50,309 nt of DNA from Shigella phage Sfin-3, in sequence record MN296515; one strand, given 5' to 3'. The notes below the pieces were generated by a model, which saw only the letters and a program-made list of their open reading frames with translations, was not told where the DNA came from and did not search any database. A program made the position numbers and the translations under genes. Within the stretch, counting starts at the first letter, position 1; each line of letters begins with the position of its first letter. Positions 7,721 through 16,683 of the stretch are shown piece by piece.

Positions 7721-9004
7721 ATGAAAATTGTTAAGCATGATGGATATAACGATATCTTTAACGGCGGTGCGGACGGCTCACCTAAGCCATTCTTTATGTC
7801 CGACGCATCATATCACGTCGGCTCTTTCTACAACGATAACGCCACAGCAAAGAGGATTGTAGACGTAATACCTGAAGAAATGGTTACGGCTGGATTTAAA
7901 ATATCAGGCGTCAAGGATGAAAAAGAGTTCAAATCTCTGTGGGATAGTTACAAAATTGATCCTAGCTTGGTTGATGTTCTTTGCTGGGCGCGCCTATACG
8001 GTGGGGCGGCTATTGTAGCAATCATTAAAGACAACAGAATGCTAACCAGTCCAGTTAAACCTGGAGCTAAACTTGAAGGTGTGCGTGTTTACGATAGGTT
8101 CGCAATTACAATCGAAAAAAGAGTAACCAATGCGCGATCGCCTCGCTATGGTGAGCCTGAGATCTATAAGGTGTCGCCCGGTGACAATATTCAACCTTAC
8201 TTAATCCACCACACGAGAATTTTCATTGCTGATGGTGAGAGAGTTACCCCTCAGATGCGGAAGCAGAATCAGGGGTGGGGTGCTTCAGTTTTGAATAAGT
8301 CACTGATTGATGCAATCTGCGACTACGACTATTGCGAATCACTTGCGACTCAGATCCTGCGGCGTAAGCAACAGGCGGTATGGAAGGTCAAAGGTCTTGC
8401 CGAAATGTGCGATGATGACGATGCTCAGTATGCTGCGCGCCTGCGACTTGCTCAGGTTGATGACAACTCCGGAGTAGGCCGTGCGATCGGTATCGATGCT
8501 GAGACGGAAGAATACGATGTTCTAAACTCTGATATCAGCGGAGTGCCTGAGTTCTTATCGAGCAAGATGGATCGTATTGTTTCCCTTTCCGGGATTCATG
8601 AGATTATCATCAAAAATAAGAACGTAGGCGGCGTATCAGCGAGCCAAAATACAGCACTTGAGACTTTCTATAAGCTGGTAGATCGTAAGCGTGAGGAAGA
8701 TTACAGGCCTCTTCTTGAGTTCTTGCTGCCGTTCATTGTTGACGAGCAAGAGTGGTCGATCGAGTTCGAGCCTTTATCCGTTCCTAGCAAGAAAGAGGAA
8801 TCAGAGATCACGAAGAATAACGTTGAGTCGGTTACGAAAGCTATCACTGAGCAAATCATCGATCTGGAAGAAGCTCGCGACACGTTGCGATCTATTGCCC
8901 CTGAGTTCAAACTCAAGGATGGTAATAACATCAACATTCGCGAACCGGAAGAAACTACCGAACCGGAACCTGGATTAGGGGAGAAGTTAGAAGATGAAAA
9001 TTAA
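7721..9004 (+). CDS. portal protein
   Basis: 427 aa between TerL and head morphogenesis gene; ATG 7721 with GGAGGA RBS lies downstream of hairpin 7685-7710, so track start 7670 rejected. Confidence 0.75.
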   Translation: MKIVKHDGYNDIFNGGADGSPKPFFMSDASYHVGSFYNDNATAKRIVDVIPEEMVTAGFKISGVKDEKEFKSLWDSYKIDPSLVDVLCWARLYGGAAIVAIIKDNRMLTSPVKPGAKLEGVRVYDRFAITIEKRVTNARSPRYGEPEIYKVSPGDNIQPYLIHHTRIFIADGERVTPQMRKQNQGWGASVLNKSLIDAICDYDYCESLATQILRRKQQAVWKVKGLAEMCDDDDAQYAARLRLAQVDDNSGVGRAIGIDAETEEYDVLNSDISGVPEFLSSKMDRIVSLSGIHEIIIKNKNVGGVSASQNTALETFYKLVDRKREEDYRPLLEFLLPFIVDEQEWSIEFEPLSVPSKKEESEITKNNVESVTKAITEQIIDLEEARDTLRSIAPEFKLKDGNNINIREPEETTEPEPGLGEKLEDEN

Positions 9005-9755
9005 TGGCGTTGCTACTCAGTGGCGCTATCCTGAAATGAGCGAGCGCGCAATGTCGCGCTCCCTACAGGATATTGCAGCCAAACTAACTGAAAAAATGCG
9101 CGACGAATTAAAGCTGATGAAATTTGATGCTACCGACGAAGAGATAGATCAGGCAGAAAGGTCATTGCTTAATTACGTTGAATCACTCATCGCGCCGATT
9201 ATCGGTTCTCTATCATCCGTTGCGCTCACGATCTATAAATTCAACTCTAAGCAGTGGCTGCGCATCGCTCGCAATGCTGGAGGTAAGAAGAATAAAGCCG
9301 TGATGCTACTTGCCCTGATTGGTCCTACCGCTGCCGAAAGTTGGTACTCAGGACAATATAATCTGTGGCGATCGCAGGTGACTACTTCTATCAGGAAATT
9401 TGCCGCCAACATGGTTACTGATTTCACTGATAAACTTCGTGCGGCATCCGGTCAGGGTAAAAGCAAGGATTTTGTTGTTGAACTTGCTAAGGAGCGATTT
9501 GGTATTTACCGGAATTGGGCCAAAAATAGAGCATCGGGAATTGTCGGAACCTGGAACAGTAGGCTAATGCGGCAGCGCATAAAAGACGCTGGTGTCTCTT
9601 ATTATTTCTGGCGAGGGGTGATGGATTTACGCGAACGTGAAAAACATGTAAGATGGGAAGGTAAGCGTATAGCGGTAGATTCCGATCACGTATTCCCTGG
9701 TGAAGAATACAATTGCCGCTGTTGGGCTGTTCCAGACTTTTCCACAGGAGATTAA
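8994..9755 (+). CDS. head morphogenesis protein (Mu F / SPP1 gp7-like)
   Basis: 253 aa; C-terminal ...VFPGEEYNCRCWAVP typical of Mu-F-like minor head proteins; follows portal. Confidence 0.7.
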   Translation: MKINGVATQWRYPEMSERAMSRSLQDIAAKLTEKMRDELKLMKFDATDEEIDQAERSLLNYVESLIAPIIGSLSSVALTIYKFNSKQWLRIARNAGGKKNKAVMLLALIGPTAAESWYSGQYNLWRSQVTTSIRKFAANMVTDFTDKLRAASGQGKSKDFVVELAKERFGIYRNWAKNRASGIVGTWNSRLMRQRIKDAGVSYYFWRGVMDLREREKHVRWEGKRIAVDSDHVFPGEEYNCRCWAVPDFSTGD

Positions 9756-9757
9756 AA

Positions 9758-10870
9758 ATGAAGGCAAAGCAAAGATTCGATTCAGTAAAAATCAAGGCGC
9801 ACTTTGATGATAATGGTTTTTTGGTTGACCGCCCCATTGTGGCACGAATCGGCGCTCAGGTTTACAAGACTCCCCACGGCGATCGAGTTGAGTTCCGTCC
9901 GGCGTCCGAAGTTTTCAAGCAAGATTCCTTGCAAAGTTTTGCAGGCAAGCCGATCACAGTCGGTCACGTAACGGTAACCCCCCAAAATGCTAAGGACGTT
10001 GTTGTAGGATCGTGCGCTGGCGCTGGTATTGCTTCAGGTGTTGGAGTTGAAGTCCCTTTGAGCATTTACAGCGACTACGCGATCAGCAAGGCTAAAGCAA
10101 AAGAAGCTGGTGAATTATCTGTTGGCTACACGTCAGTAGATATTGATAAACCGGGATGGGGTTCAAATGAGACTGGAGAATATATCTTCGAAGAGGATAT
10201 GAAACAGGACGAAGAGCCGCCTGAAGGTTGGGTTAAATTCGATGCTGTACAGACTAATATCAAGGTCAACCATATTGCTCTGGTTTTTAAAGGTCGCGCG
10301 GGAATTGCCAAATTAAATCTTGATGCTGAGCAGGAATTCCCGTATGATAATAACGTTCAATTAACTAACGAGGACAAGCAAATGAAGAAAATTAAGATCG
10401 ACTCAGTTGATGTGGAAGTAACCGAAGATGTTGCGAACCATATCGAAAAATTAACCGCGCAGATTGCTACCATTCAGGGAAAAGCTGATGGCTTCGAAGC
10501 TGAGCGCGATGCGCTGAAGGTTAAGGTTGACTCTCTGCCTGAACTTGTGAAGGCCGAGGTAGAGAAGCAAAAAGCCGATGCCGCCGCACGCGCAGAAGTT
10601 ACCGCAGTAGCAGAAACCGCAGGCGTCAAACATGATGGTCTTGATATCAAAGACGTCAAGATTGCCGTAGTTAAAGCCATGCTTGATAAAGATGTTAGTG
10701 AAAAATCAGACGCATATATCGACGCTATGTTTGATGTTGCTAAAGATTCTGATATCATGGCTATTCAGCGTAAAGCAGTAAAAGGCGACTCTATCGAAGG
10801 CGGTAAGCCGGAAGAGAAAAACGACGCCGCGCCTGTTACGCCAAATTCACGTTTAAGCAAAGTAATGTAA
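9758..10870 (+). CDS. capsid scaffolding protein with N-terminal protease-like domain
   Basis: 370 aa; N-terminal globular domain then long Ala/Lys/Glu-rich coiled coil; located between head morphogenesis and capsid genes; ATG 9758 with ACAGGAG RBS. Confidence 0.5.
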   Translation: MKAKQRFDSVKIKAHFDDNGFLVDRPIVARIGAQVYKTPHGDRVEFRPASEVFKQDSLQSFAGKPITVGHVTVTPQNAKDVVVGSCAGAGIASGVGVEVPLSIYSDYAISKAKAKEAGELSVGYTSVDIDKPGWGSNETGEYIFEEDMKQDEEPPEGWVKFDAVQTNIKVNHIALVFKGRAGIAKLNLDAEQEFPYDNNVQLTNEDKQMKKIKIDSVDVEVTEDVANHIEKLTAQIATIQGKADGFEAERDALKVKVDSLPELVKAEVEKQKADAAARAEVTAVAETAGVKHDGLDIKDVKIAVVKAMLDKDVSEKSDAYIDAMFDVAKDSDIMAIQRKAVKGDSIEGGKPEEKNDAAPVTPNSRLSKVM

Positions 10871-10881
10871 GGGGAAATATC

Positions 10882-11358
10882 ATGGCACAAATTAATGCAT
10901 CTTATCAGCGAGATATGGCGATTGCGCTTCCGGGTATGGTTGCGGATACTTCAAAGTACAATATTGACGGCGCTTGTGTCGTTAATGAAGGTGATGTTCT
11001 TGTTGGTTCTGCCGTACAAGTTGTTCAAGCTCAGGCGGTTGATGGTCATAAGTTGGTTAAGGCTCTTACTACCGGAACAACTCCTTACGGCGTGGCAATC
11101 CGATCTCACTGGCAGACTGTTAACGCTCAAAATCAGATGATTTACGAAAATGGCGGCGCTATCAACGTGATGACTTCAGGCCGAGTATGGATGCTTTCCA
11201 AGTCCACCGAAGCACCAACTTTCGGCTCTGCCGTTAAACTTGATGTTGATGGTCAGGAAAAATCTGATGGCACGATCGAAACAGCCTGGACCTACGCTGG
11301 CGGTTGGACTAAATACAAAGATATTCAGCTTGTTGAGGTTCAGTTGCATCAACTGTAA
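10882..11358 (+). CDS. capsid-associated protein (decoration-like), paralog of next gene
   Basis: 158 aa; N-terminus ...TSKYNIDGACVVNEGDV.VGSAVQVV paralogous to the 11420 gene; followed by strong terminator. Confidence 0.45.
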   Translation: MAQINASYQRDMAIALPGMVADTSKYNIDGACVVNEGDVLVGSAVQVVQAQAVDGHKLVKALTTGTTPYGVAIRSHWQTVNAQNQMIYENGGAINVMTSGRVWMLSKSTEAPTFGSAVKLDVDGQEKSDGTIETAWTYAGGWTKYKDIQLVEVQLHQL

Positions 11359-11373
11359 TTAGCGTTTAATATG

Positions 11374-11405
11374 GGGACTATCCTTTTTTGGATAGTCCTT
11401 TTTTT
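11374..11405 (+). terminator. rho-independent terminator
   Basis: 9-bp stem GGACTATCC/GGATAGTCC with TTTTTT loop, then T8. Confidence 0.75.
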
Positions 11406-11419
11406 ATGGAGAAATCATT

Positions 11420-12187
11420 ATGGCTTACGAAAATTTAATGTTGCGCCCGGCGTGTCCGGGAAATCTTTCTGATACTTCAGCCTACAATATTGATGGCGCT
11501 TGTGTGGCTCAAGGTGACATTGAGTTCGGCGCGGCGGTTCAGGTTGTCGGCATCGTTGATGGCGTAAAAGTCGTCAAAGTACTTTCTGATGGCGGGACTC
11601 CTTACGGTATCGCTTTCCGTTCTCAATATGAACACCTGAGCGGTAAAATCTTAGACGGCGAAGTGTGCAACGTAGTTTCTCACGGTCGCATGTGGACGCT
11701 TACTTCTCTTGATGAGGCTCCCGACTTATTCTCAAAGTTGCAATTTGGATCTGGTGGCGTTGTTACTGGTGGATCTGGTTCCGCAGGTTGGACCTTCGCT
11801 GGTGGATTTGTTAAGCATGAAGACGGCTACATCATTGAGGTTCAGGTGAAACAAAATGCTTTCATCGTCCCACCGCCGCCGCCTCCAGTTGTTCTTGTTG
11901 AATCAGCTACGATCACTACCGACAAGGAAAGTCCTCAGCCGAACAATGTTACGATTCAGTGCGTAGCTAATGTTCTTCCTGTGAACGCTGATGATAAAAC
12001 TGGCAAGTGGTCAATTGACGCCACCAACATTGCTACTGTGGATCCTGACTCCGGTTTGGTTACTCCTGTAGGTGGAGAAGTCGTCGGTAATTTCAATATT
12101 ACCTGGACGGCTAATGATGCCAGCAAGACTAAGGCTACTATTGCTTATCGCGTCGAGGCAGTTCCAACTCCAGAAGATGAGGCATAA
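11420..12187 (+). CDS. capsid-associated protein with C-terminal Ig-like domain
   Basis: 255 aa; N-terminal half paralogous to 10882 gene; poly-Pro linker PPPPPP; C-terminal Big_2-like segment (VTPVGGEVVGNFNITWTA). Confidence 0.45.
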   Translation: MAYENLMLRPACPGNLSDTSAYNIDGACVAQGDIEFGAAVQVVGIVDGVKVVKVLSDGGTPYGIAFRSQYEHLSGKILDGEVCNVVSHGRMWTLTSLDEAPDLFSKLQFGSGGVVTGGSGSAGWTFAGGFVKHEDGYIIEVQVKQNAFIVPPPPPPVVLVESATITTDKESPQPNNVTIQCVANVLPVNADDKTGKWSIDATNIATVDPDSGLVTPVGGEVVGNFNITWTANDASKTKATIAYRVEAVPTPEDEA

Positions 12188-12208
12188 CACAAAAACACTT
12201 TGACGCTT

Positions 12209-12223
12209 TAACAAAAAGTGCTA
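12209..12223 (-). promoter_or_regulatory. orphan palindrome copy, antisense to late operon
   Basis: Minus-strand reading TAGCA-ctttt-TGTTA; no - strand gene downstream; adjacent to terminator 12232-12257. Confidence 0.35.
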
Positions 12224-12231
12224 TTATTGAA

Positions 12232-12257
12232 GCCGTGAACATAATCACGGCTTTTTT
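12232..12257 (+). terminator. rho-independent terminator
   Basis: 7-bp stem GCCGTGA/TCACGGC, loop acataa, then T6. Confidence 0.7.
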
Positions 12258-12278
12258 ATTAACTACGGAGAAGTAATC

Positions 12279-13238
12279 ATGACTACTAAAAAATTTGATG
12301 AAGCAGATAAAAGTAACGTTGAAATGTATCTGATCCAGGCTGGCGTAAAACAGGATGCAGCCGCAACAATGGGTATCTGGACCGCTCAGGAACTACACCG
12401 CATTAAAAGCCAGTCCTATGAAGAAGACTACCCGGTCGGCTCCGCTCTACGCGTATTCCCGGTTACAACCGATCTTTCTCCGACTGATAAGACGTTCGAA
12501 TACATGACCTTTGATAAGGTTGGCACGGCTCAGATTATCGCGGACTACACCGACGACCTGCCGCTTGTTGATGCCCTTGGTACTTCTGAGTTCGGTAAAG
12601 TGTTCCGTTTGGGTAACGCGTATCTGATCTCAATCGACGAAATCAAAGCGGGTCAGGCAACTGGTCGCCCACTGTCAACTCGTAAGGCAAGTGCGTGCCA
12701 GTTGGCTCATGATCAGCTTGTTAACCGCCTGGTGTTCAAAGGTTCCGCGCCGCACAAGATTGTGTCCGTGTTCAATCATCCGAACATCACCAAAATTACC
12801 TCCGGTAAGTGGATGGATGGCGCAACTCAGAAACCGGAAACGGCTGAAGCGGAATTGACTCAGGCGATCGAAACCATCGAGACGATTACTCGAGGCCAGC
12901 ACCGAGCTACCAACATTCTGATCCCGCCGTCCATGCGTAAGGTGCTGGCGATTCGTATGCCTGAGACTACCATGTCTTATCTGGACTATTTCAAGTCTCA
13001 GAACTCAGGTATCGAAATCGACTCTATCGCAGAGCTTGAGGATATTGACGGCGCAGGCACCAAAGGCGTACTGGTGTACGAAAAGAATCCGATGAACATG
13101 TCCATAGAGATCCCGGAAGCATTTAACATGCTGCCAGCACAACCGAAAGACTTGCACTTTAAAGTGCCTTGCACCTCTAAGTGTACTGGTCTTACAATTT
13201 ATCGCCCGATGACTATTGTCTTAATCACTGGCGTGTAA
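12279..13238 (+). CDS. major capsid protein (lambda gpE-like)
   Basis: 319 aa; position, size and flanking terminators typical of a highly expressed capsid gene; GGAGAAG RBS. Confidence 0.8.
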   Translation: MTTKKFDEADKSNVEMYLIQAGVKQDAAATMGIWTAQELHRIKSQSYEEDYPVGSALRVFPVTTDLSPTDKTFEYMTFDKVGTAQIIADYTDDLPLVDALGTSEFGKVFRLGNAYLISIDEIKAGQATGRPLSTRKASACQLAHDQLVNRLVFKGSAPHKIVSVFNHPNITKITSGKWMDGATQKPETAEAELTQAIETIETITRGQHRATNILIPPSMRKVLAIRMPETTMSYLDYFKSQNSGIEIDSIAELEDIDGAGTKGVLVYEKNPMNMSIEIPEAFNMLPAQPKDLHFKVPCTSKCTGLTIYRPMTIVLITGV

Positions 13239-13245
13239 TATTATA

Positions 13246-13273
13246 GGGGCTAACTTAGTTAGTCCCTTTTTTT
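13246..13273 (+). terminator. rho-independent terminator
   Basis: ~10-bp stem GGGGCTAACT/AGTTAGTCCC (one G-U) then T7; after major capsid gene. Confidence 0.7.
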
Positions 13274-13288
13274 ATTGGAGAAATCAAA

Positions 13289-13576
13289 ATGGCTAAAGAA
13301 AAAACTGTTGTTATCGTAAACGTTGGTGTAGCTCTTCAGATGTTCCGTCTTGAAGATGGTTCCTTTGCTAAAGTTCTTCCAGATGAAGAGGTCACGCTTC
13401 CGGCGTCCGTTCTTGATTTACCTGGTCTGCGTTGCTTAATTGCTCGCGAAGAAATCGAAGTTAAAGACGACAGTGCAACCAACCGCAAAATCCGCGCTGA
13501 AATGGCAAAGATCACTAAGCCAGATCCGTGGGATAGCAAAAGCGTTAAAGAGCTTGAGGACGGCGGCGAATATTAA
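13289..13576 (+). CDS. hypothetical structural protein (95 aa)
   Basis: Flanked by terminators 13246-13273 and 13583-13607; function unknown. Confidence 0.5.
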   Translation: MAKEKTVVIVNVGVALQMFRLEDGSFAKVLPDEEVTLPASVLDLPGLRCLIAREEIEVKDDSATNRKIRAEMAKITKPDPWDSKSVKELEDGGEY

Positions 13577-13582
13577 TCATCA

Positions 13583-13607
13583 AGGCGCTCATGTAGCGCC
13601 TTTTTTT
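13583..13607 (+). terminator. rho-independent terminator
   Basis: Stem GGCGCT/AGCGCC, loop catgt, then T7. Confidence 0.7.
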
Positions 13608-13620
13608 GTGGAGTTTGGTT

Positions 13621-14031
13621 ATGAATCAAGAAACTTTAATTTCAGTTGTTGAGCAAATGCGAAAGCTGGTCCCTGCACTTCGCAAAGTTCCAGATGAAAC
13701 TCTTTATGCATGGGTGGAAATGGCTGAGCTATTCGTATGCCAGAAGACCTTTAAAGACGCATACGTCAAAGCGCTCGCTCTTTATGCATTGCACCTTGCT
13801 TTCCTTGACGGGGCGCTAAAAGGTGAAGATGAGGATCTGGAATCGTACTCACGACGCGTTACGTCATTCTCCCTGAGCGGTGAATTTAGCCAGACTTTCG
13901 GAGAGGTTACGAAGAACCAGTCAGGAAACATGATGCTTTCGACGCCGTGGGGTAAGATGTTCGAGCAGCTTAAAGCGCGACGCCGTGGTAGATTCGCATT
14001 AATGACAGGACTCCGTGGAGGATGCCACTAA
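13621..14031 (+). CDS. putative head-tail connector protein
   Basis: Position between capsid and tail genes; ATG 13621 with GTGGAG RBS after terminator. Confidence 0.45.
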   Translation: MNQETLISVVEQMRKLVPALRKVPDETLYAWVEMAELFVCQKTFKDAYVKALALYALHLAFLDGALKGEDEDLESYSRRVTSFSLSGEFSQTFGEVTKNQSGNMMLSTPWGKMFEQLKARRRGRFALMTGLRGGCH

Positions 14032-14402
14032 TGAACTACTCACAGATTGAAAGAATGGCTCGCAAAGGCGTGGCTTTCTTCACCGATCCGTCAAGACCTA
14101 TGAGCCTGATAAAACAAGTTGAATACGGATATGATGAAAACGGATTCGAGATCCAACCGATGGAACAGGTTATTCCAATATCCGGCGCGACGCGAAGACC
14201 GAAAGCGCGTGAGATTGACGGAGAAACCATCCGCGCCTCAGATATTTTGGGGATCTTCAATAATGATCATGAAATAAACGAAGGTGACTATATAGATATT
14301 GATGGCATTCGTCATGTTGTCGTTGATGCTCGCCCGGTTCAGGCGTCACTGGAACCAGTCGCCTATCGTCCAGTATTGCGGAGGGTATCAGTCGGTGGCT
14401 AA
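14022..14402 (+). CDS. putative head-tail joining protein
   Basis: 126 aa; start overlaps upstream gene; synteny only. Confidence 0.45.
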   Translation: MPLMNYSQIERMARKGVAFFTDPSRPMSLIKQVEYGYDENGFEIQPMEQVIPISGATRRPKAREIDGETIRASDILGIFNNDHEINEGDYIDIDGIRHVVVDARPVQASLEPVAYRPVLRRVSVGG

Positions 14403-14838
14403 TTATCAGATTCGTAGATTTCAAGGCGAGATTGATGCGTGGATTAAGGCCGCTGAAAGCACGTTAGAACATGCCATTGAAATATTCGTAAGGGATGTTC
14501 ACGACGCTCTTGTTAGCCGATCCCCTGTTGATACAGGTCGATTCAAGGGTAACTGGCAGATAACTTTTAACGAAATCCCTAACCACGCATTAAACCGATA
14601 CGATAAAACTGGCGGTGTCGTCAGGGGTGAGGAACAGGCAAAAACTTATGGCATGTTCAGCCGTGGCGGCGCGATAACATCCGTTCACTTTTCAAACATG
14701 TTGATTTATGCAAACGCTCTTGAGTACGGTCATTCACAGCAAGCACCGAGCGGCGTTGTCGGCCTTGTGGCATTAAGGCTGAGATCATATATGGCTGACG
14801 CAATCAAGCAGGCAAGGAGACAGCAAAATGCACTATGA
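14395..14838 (+). CDS. putative tail completion protein (HK97 gp10-like)
   Basis: GTG 14395 with GGAGGG RBS chosen over upstream in-frame ATGs that lie deep inside previous gene; synteny. Confidence 0.4.
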   Translation: MANYQIRRFQGEIDAWIKAAESTLEHAIEIFVRDVHDALVSRSPVDTGRFKGNWQITFNEIPNHALNRYDKTGGVVRGEEQAKTYGMFSRGGAITSVHFSNMLIYANALEYGHSQQAPSGVVGLVALRLRSYMADAIKQARRQQNAL

Positions 14839-15226
14839 GTTATCAGCGGCGGCGCGAGCCGCTTTTCTATCAAAGTACAGAGACTTTCCTCACTACATGG
14901 AAAACAGAAATTTCATACCGCCGAAGGATGGCGGGATGTGGCTGAGGTTCAACTACATTGAAGGGGATACGCTTTATCTATCCATTGACAGAAAGTGTAA
15001 ATCTTACATCGCAATCGTTCAGATCGGAGTAGTGTTCCCTCCAGGATCCGGCGTTGACGAAGCAAGATTGAAAGCAAAAGAGATTGCTGATTTTTTCAAA
15101 GATGGTAAAATGCTTAACGTTGGTTATATTTTCGAGGGTGCAATCGTGCATCAAATTGTTAAACATGAAAGCGGGTGGATGATTCCGGTTCGCTTTACAG
15201 TACGAGTAGACACAAAGGAGACTTAA
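14828..15226 (+). CDS. putative tail terminator/neck protein
   Basis: 132 aa; immediately upstream of tail tube gene. Confidence 0.45.
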   Translation: MHYELSAAARAAFLSKYRDFPHYMENRNFIPPKDGGMWLRFNYIEGDTLYLSIDRKCKSYIAIVQIGVVFPPGSGVDEARLKAKEIADFFKDGKMLNVGYIFEGAIVHQIVKHESGWMIPVRFTVRVDTKET

Positions 15227-15228
15227 TT

Positions 15229-15897
15229 ATGCACTTACCAAATGGCGCGCAAATTTTCGTGGAAACCTCTCGCGGAGAAGAGATTGAGGCAACCGCTATT
15301 ACTAACGCAGAAAATCCTGTTGCTACAGTTGCATCTAAGGGCGACTTAGTAAAAGGCGATTACGTTATTGTAACTCAGTCAACCTGGGCCAAGATGGTCA
15401 GTCGAGTGCTAATTGTTACTGACGCTCAGGAAACAAGCATCACTCTCGCTGGGATTGACACCTCTGATACTCTTGTTTTCCCGGCTGGCGGTACGATGAG
15501 CTTTGCAAAAATTACTGGCTGGACTGAGATTCCTTGTGTACAGGAGATTGGTAAGGACGGCGGCGAGCAGCAGTATTATACTTATCAGTGCTTGTCCGAC
15601 GATAAAGAACAGCAGATCCCAACGTTTAAATCTGCGATCTCGCTAACTTACACATTCGCGCACGAATTTGATAACCCGATCTACCCTATTCTGCGTAAGC
15701 TGGATTCTTCTGGTCAGGTAACTGCGGTTCGGATGTATGTTCCAAAAGCGAACGAGATGCGCATGTGGGCTGGTATCTTGTCTTTTAACGACATTCCATC
15801 TACGCAAGTAAACGAAATGGAAACGGTACAACTCGCCGTATCACTGAAGGGTGATTTCACTTTCGTTTCATCCGCTCTGGCATCACCTGGTGCCTAA
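15229..15897 (+). CDS. major tail (tube) protein
   Basis: 222 aa; AAGGAG RBS; position before chaperone/tape-measure genes; followed by terminator. Confidence 0.6.
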   Translation: MHLPNGAQIFVETSRGEEIEATAITNAENPVATVASKGDLVKGDYVIVTQSTWAKMVSRVLIVTDAQETSITLAGIDTSDTLVFPAGGTMSFAKITGWTEIPCVQEIGKDGGEQQYYTYQCLSDDKEQQIPTFKSAISLTYTFAHEFDNPIYPILRKLDSSGQVTAVRMYVPKANEMRMWAGILSFNDIPSTQVNEMETVQLAVSLKGDFTFVSSALASPGA

Positions 15898-15909
15898 ATC
15901 ATATCCACA

Positions 15910-15934
15910 GGGGGCTTGCGCCCCCTTATTCATT
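15910..15934 (+). terminator. rho-independent terminator candidate
   Basis: GGGGGC-ttgc-GCCCCC followed by TTATTCATTT (interrupted T-tract); after tail tube gene. Confidence 0.5.
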
Positions 15935-15973
15935 TCTGTAAAATCATCGTATCAAGTTTGCACTATTCTCTTT

Positions 15974-15988
15974 TAACAAAAAGTGCCA
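15974..15988 (-). promoter_or_regulatory. orphan palindrome copy, antisense to late operon
   Basis: Minus-strand reading TGGCA-ctttt-TGTTA between tail tube and chaperone genes; 22 nt then TACGAT on minus strand. Confidence 0.35.
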
Positions 15989-16010
15989 TTAACCAATCAG
16001 GAGAAATATC

Positions 16011-16328
16011 ATGGCTAAATTTAATTTCGTTCTTGGTCAACTTCCAGACTTCAAACTTCCAGTCACCTTCACCATGCCTAACGGTGAAGATGCAACGATC
16101 ATTTTCACTGTACGCCACCTTTCCAGTAAAGAAGTTCAGGATATGTATGCCAACCAGGGAGAAATGAACGACAGCGAGTTCATTACCAAGATCGCGTCAG
16201 GATGGAACCTTGAAGAAGAATTTAACGAAGAAAATGCGCGAAAACTGGTTCAGTATTATCCTTCAGCAGCGTACAACCTGACAGCAACTTACATCAAGGC
16301 TCTCGCCGGACACCGCGCAAAAAACTAA
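16011..16328 (+). CDS. tail assembly chaperone (lambda gpG-like)
   Basis: 105 aa immediately upstream of tape measure; ends at slippery heptamer A-AAA-AAC. Confidence 0.7.
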   Translation: MAKFNFVLGQLPDFKLPVTFTMPNGEDATIIFTVRHLSSKEVQDMYANQGEMNDSEFITKIASGWNLEEEFNEENARKLVQYYPSAAYNLTATYIKALAGHRAKN

Positions 16329-16645
16329 AAAGGGCGGTCTATCTGTTATATCAGAAGCCGCCAACAGAGGAACAATTGCGATCGGTTGGTTTAAGTCTTT
16401 CCGACTATGAAGACGAGGAACCTGAAACGATAATTGGCGACGCTGAAATGGTGAAGGCTTGGAATGTTTTTACATCAATGCTCACTCAGTGGAGAAGTTC
16501 AGGCGCTGGCGCTTATGGTCTTGACTATAATGTTTTGCCTATGTTGTTTAAAATCTATAAAATAGAAGATGAAGAACTGGCATTGCAGGACGTTAGGATC
16601 ATGGAAGCGAAAGCGCTTGAAATGATTGCTAAGCAGAATAACTAA
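16011..16645 (+). CDS. tail assembly chaperone, -1 frameshift fusion product (lambda gpGT-like)
   Basis: -1 frame is open from slippery site 16319-16325 to TAA 16643-16645; frame phase of downstream ORF matches a -1 shift. Confidence 0.55.
16319..16325 (+). other. -1 programmed ribosomal frameshift slippery heptamer A-AAA-AAC
   Basis: Zero-frame codons GCA-AAA-AAC-TAA; -1 frame stays open for 107 codons to 16645. Confidence 0.6.
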
Positions 16646-16647
16646 GC

Positions 16648-16665
16648 CGCCGTCTGGCGTTTTTT
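16648..16665 (+). terminator. weak terminator candidate
   Basis: 4-bp stem CGCC/GGCG then T6, just upstream of tape measure gene. Confidence 0.3.
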
Positions 16666-16683
16666 GTATATAAGGGGGGTTAT

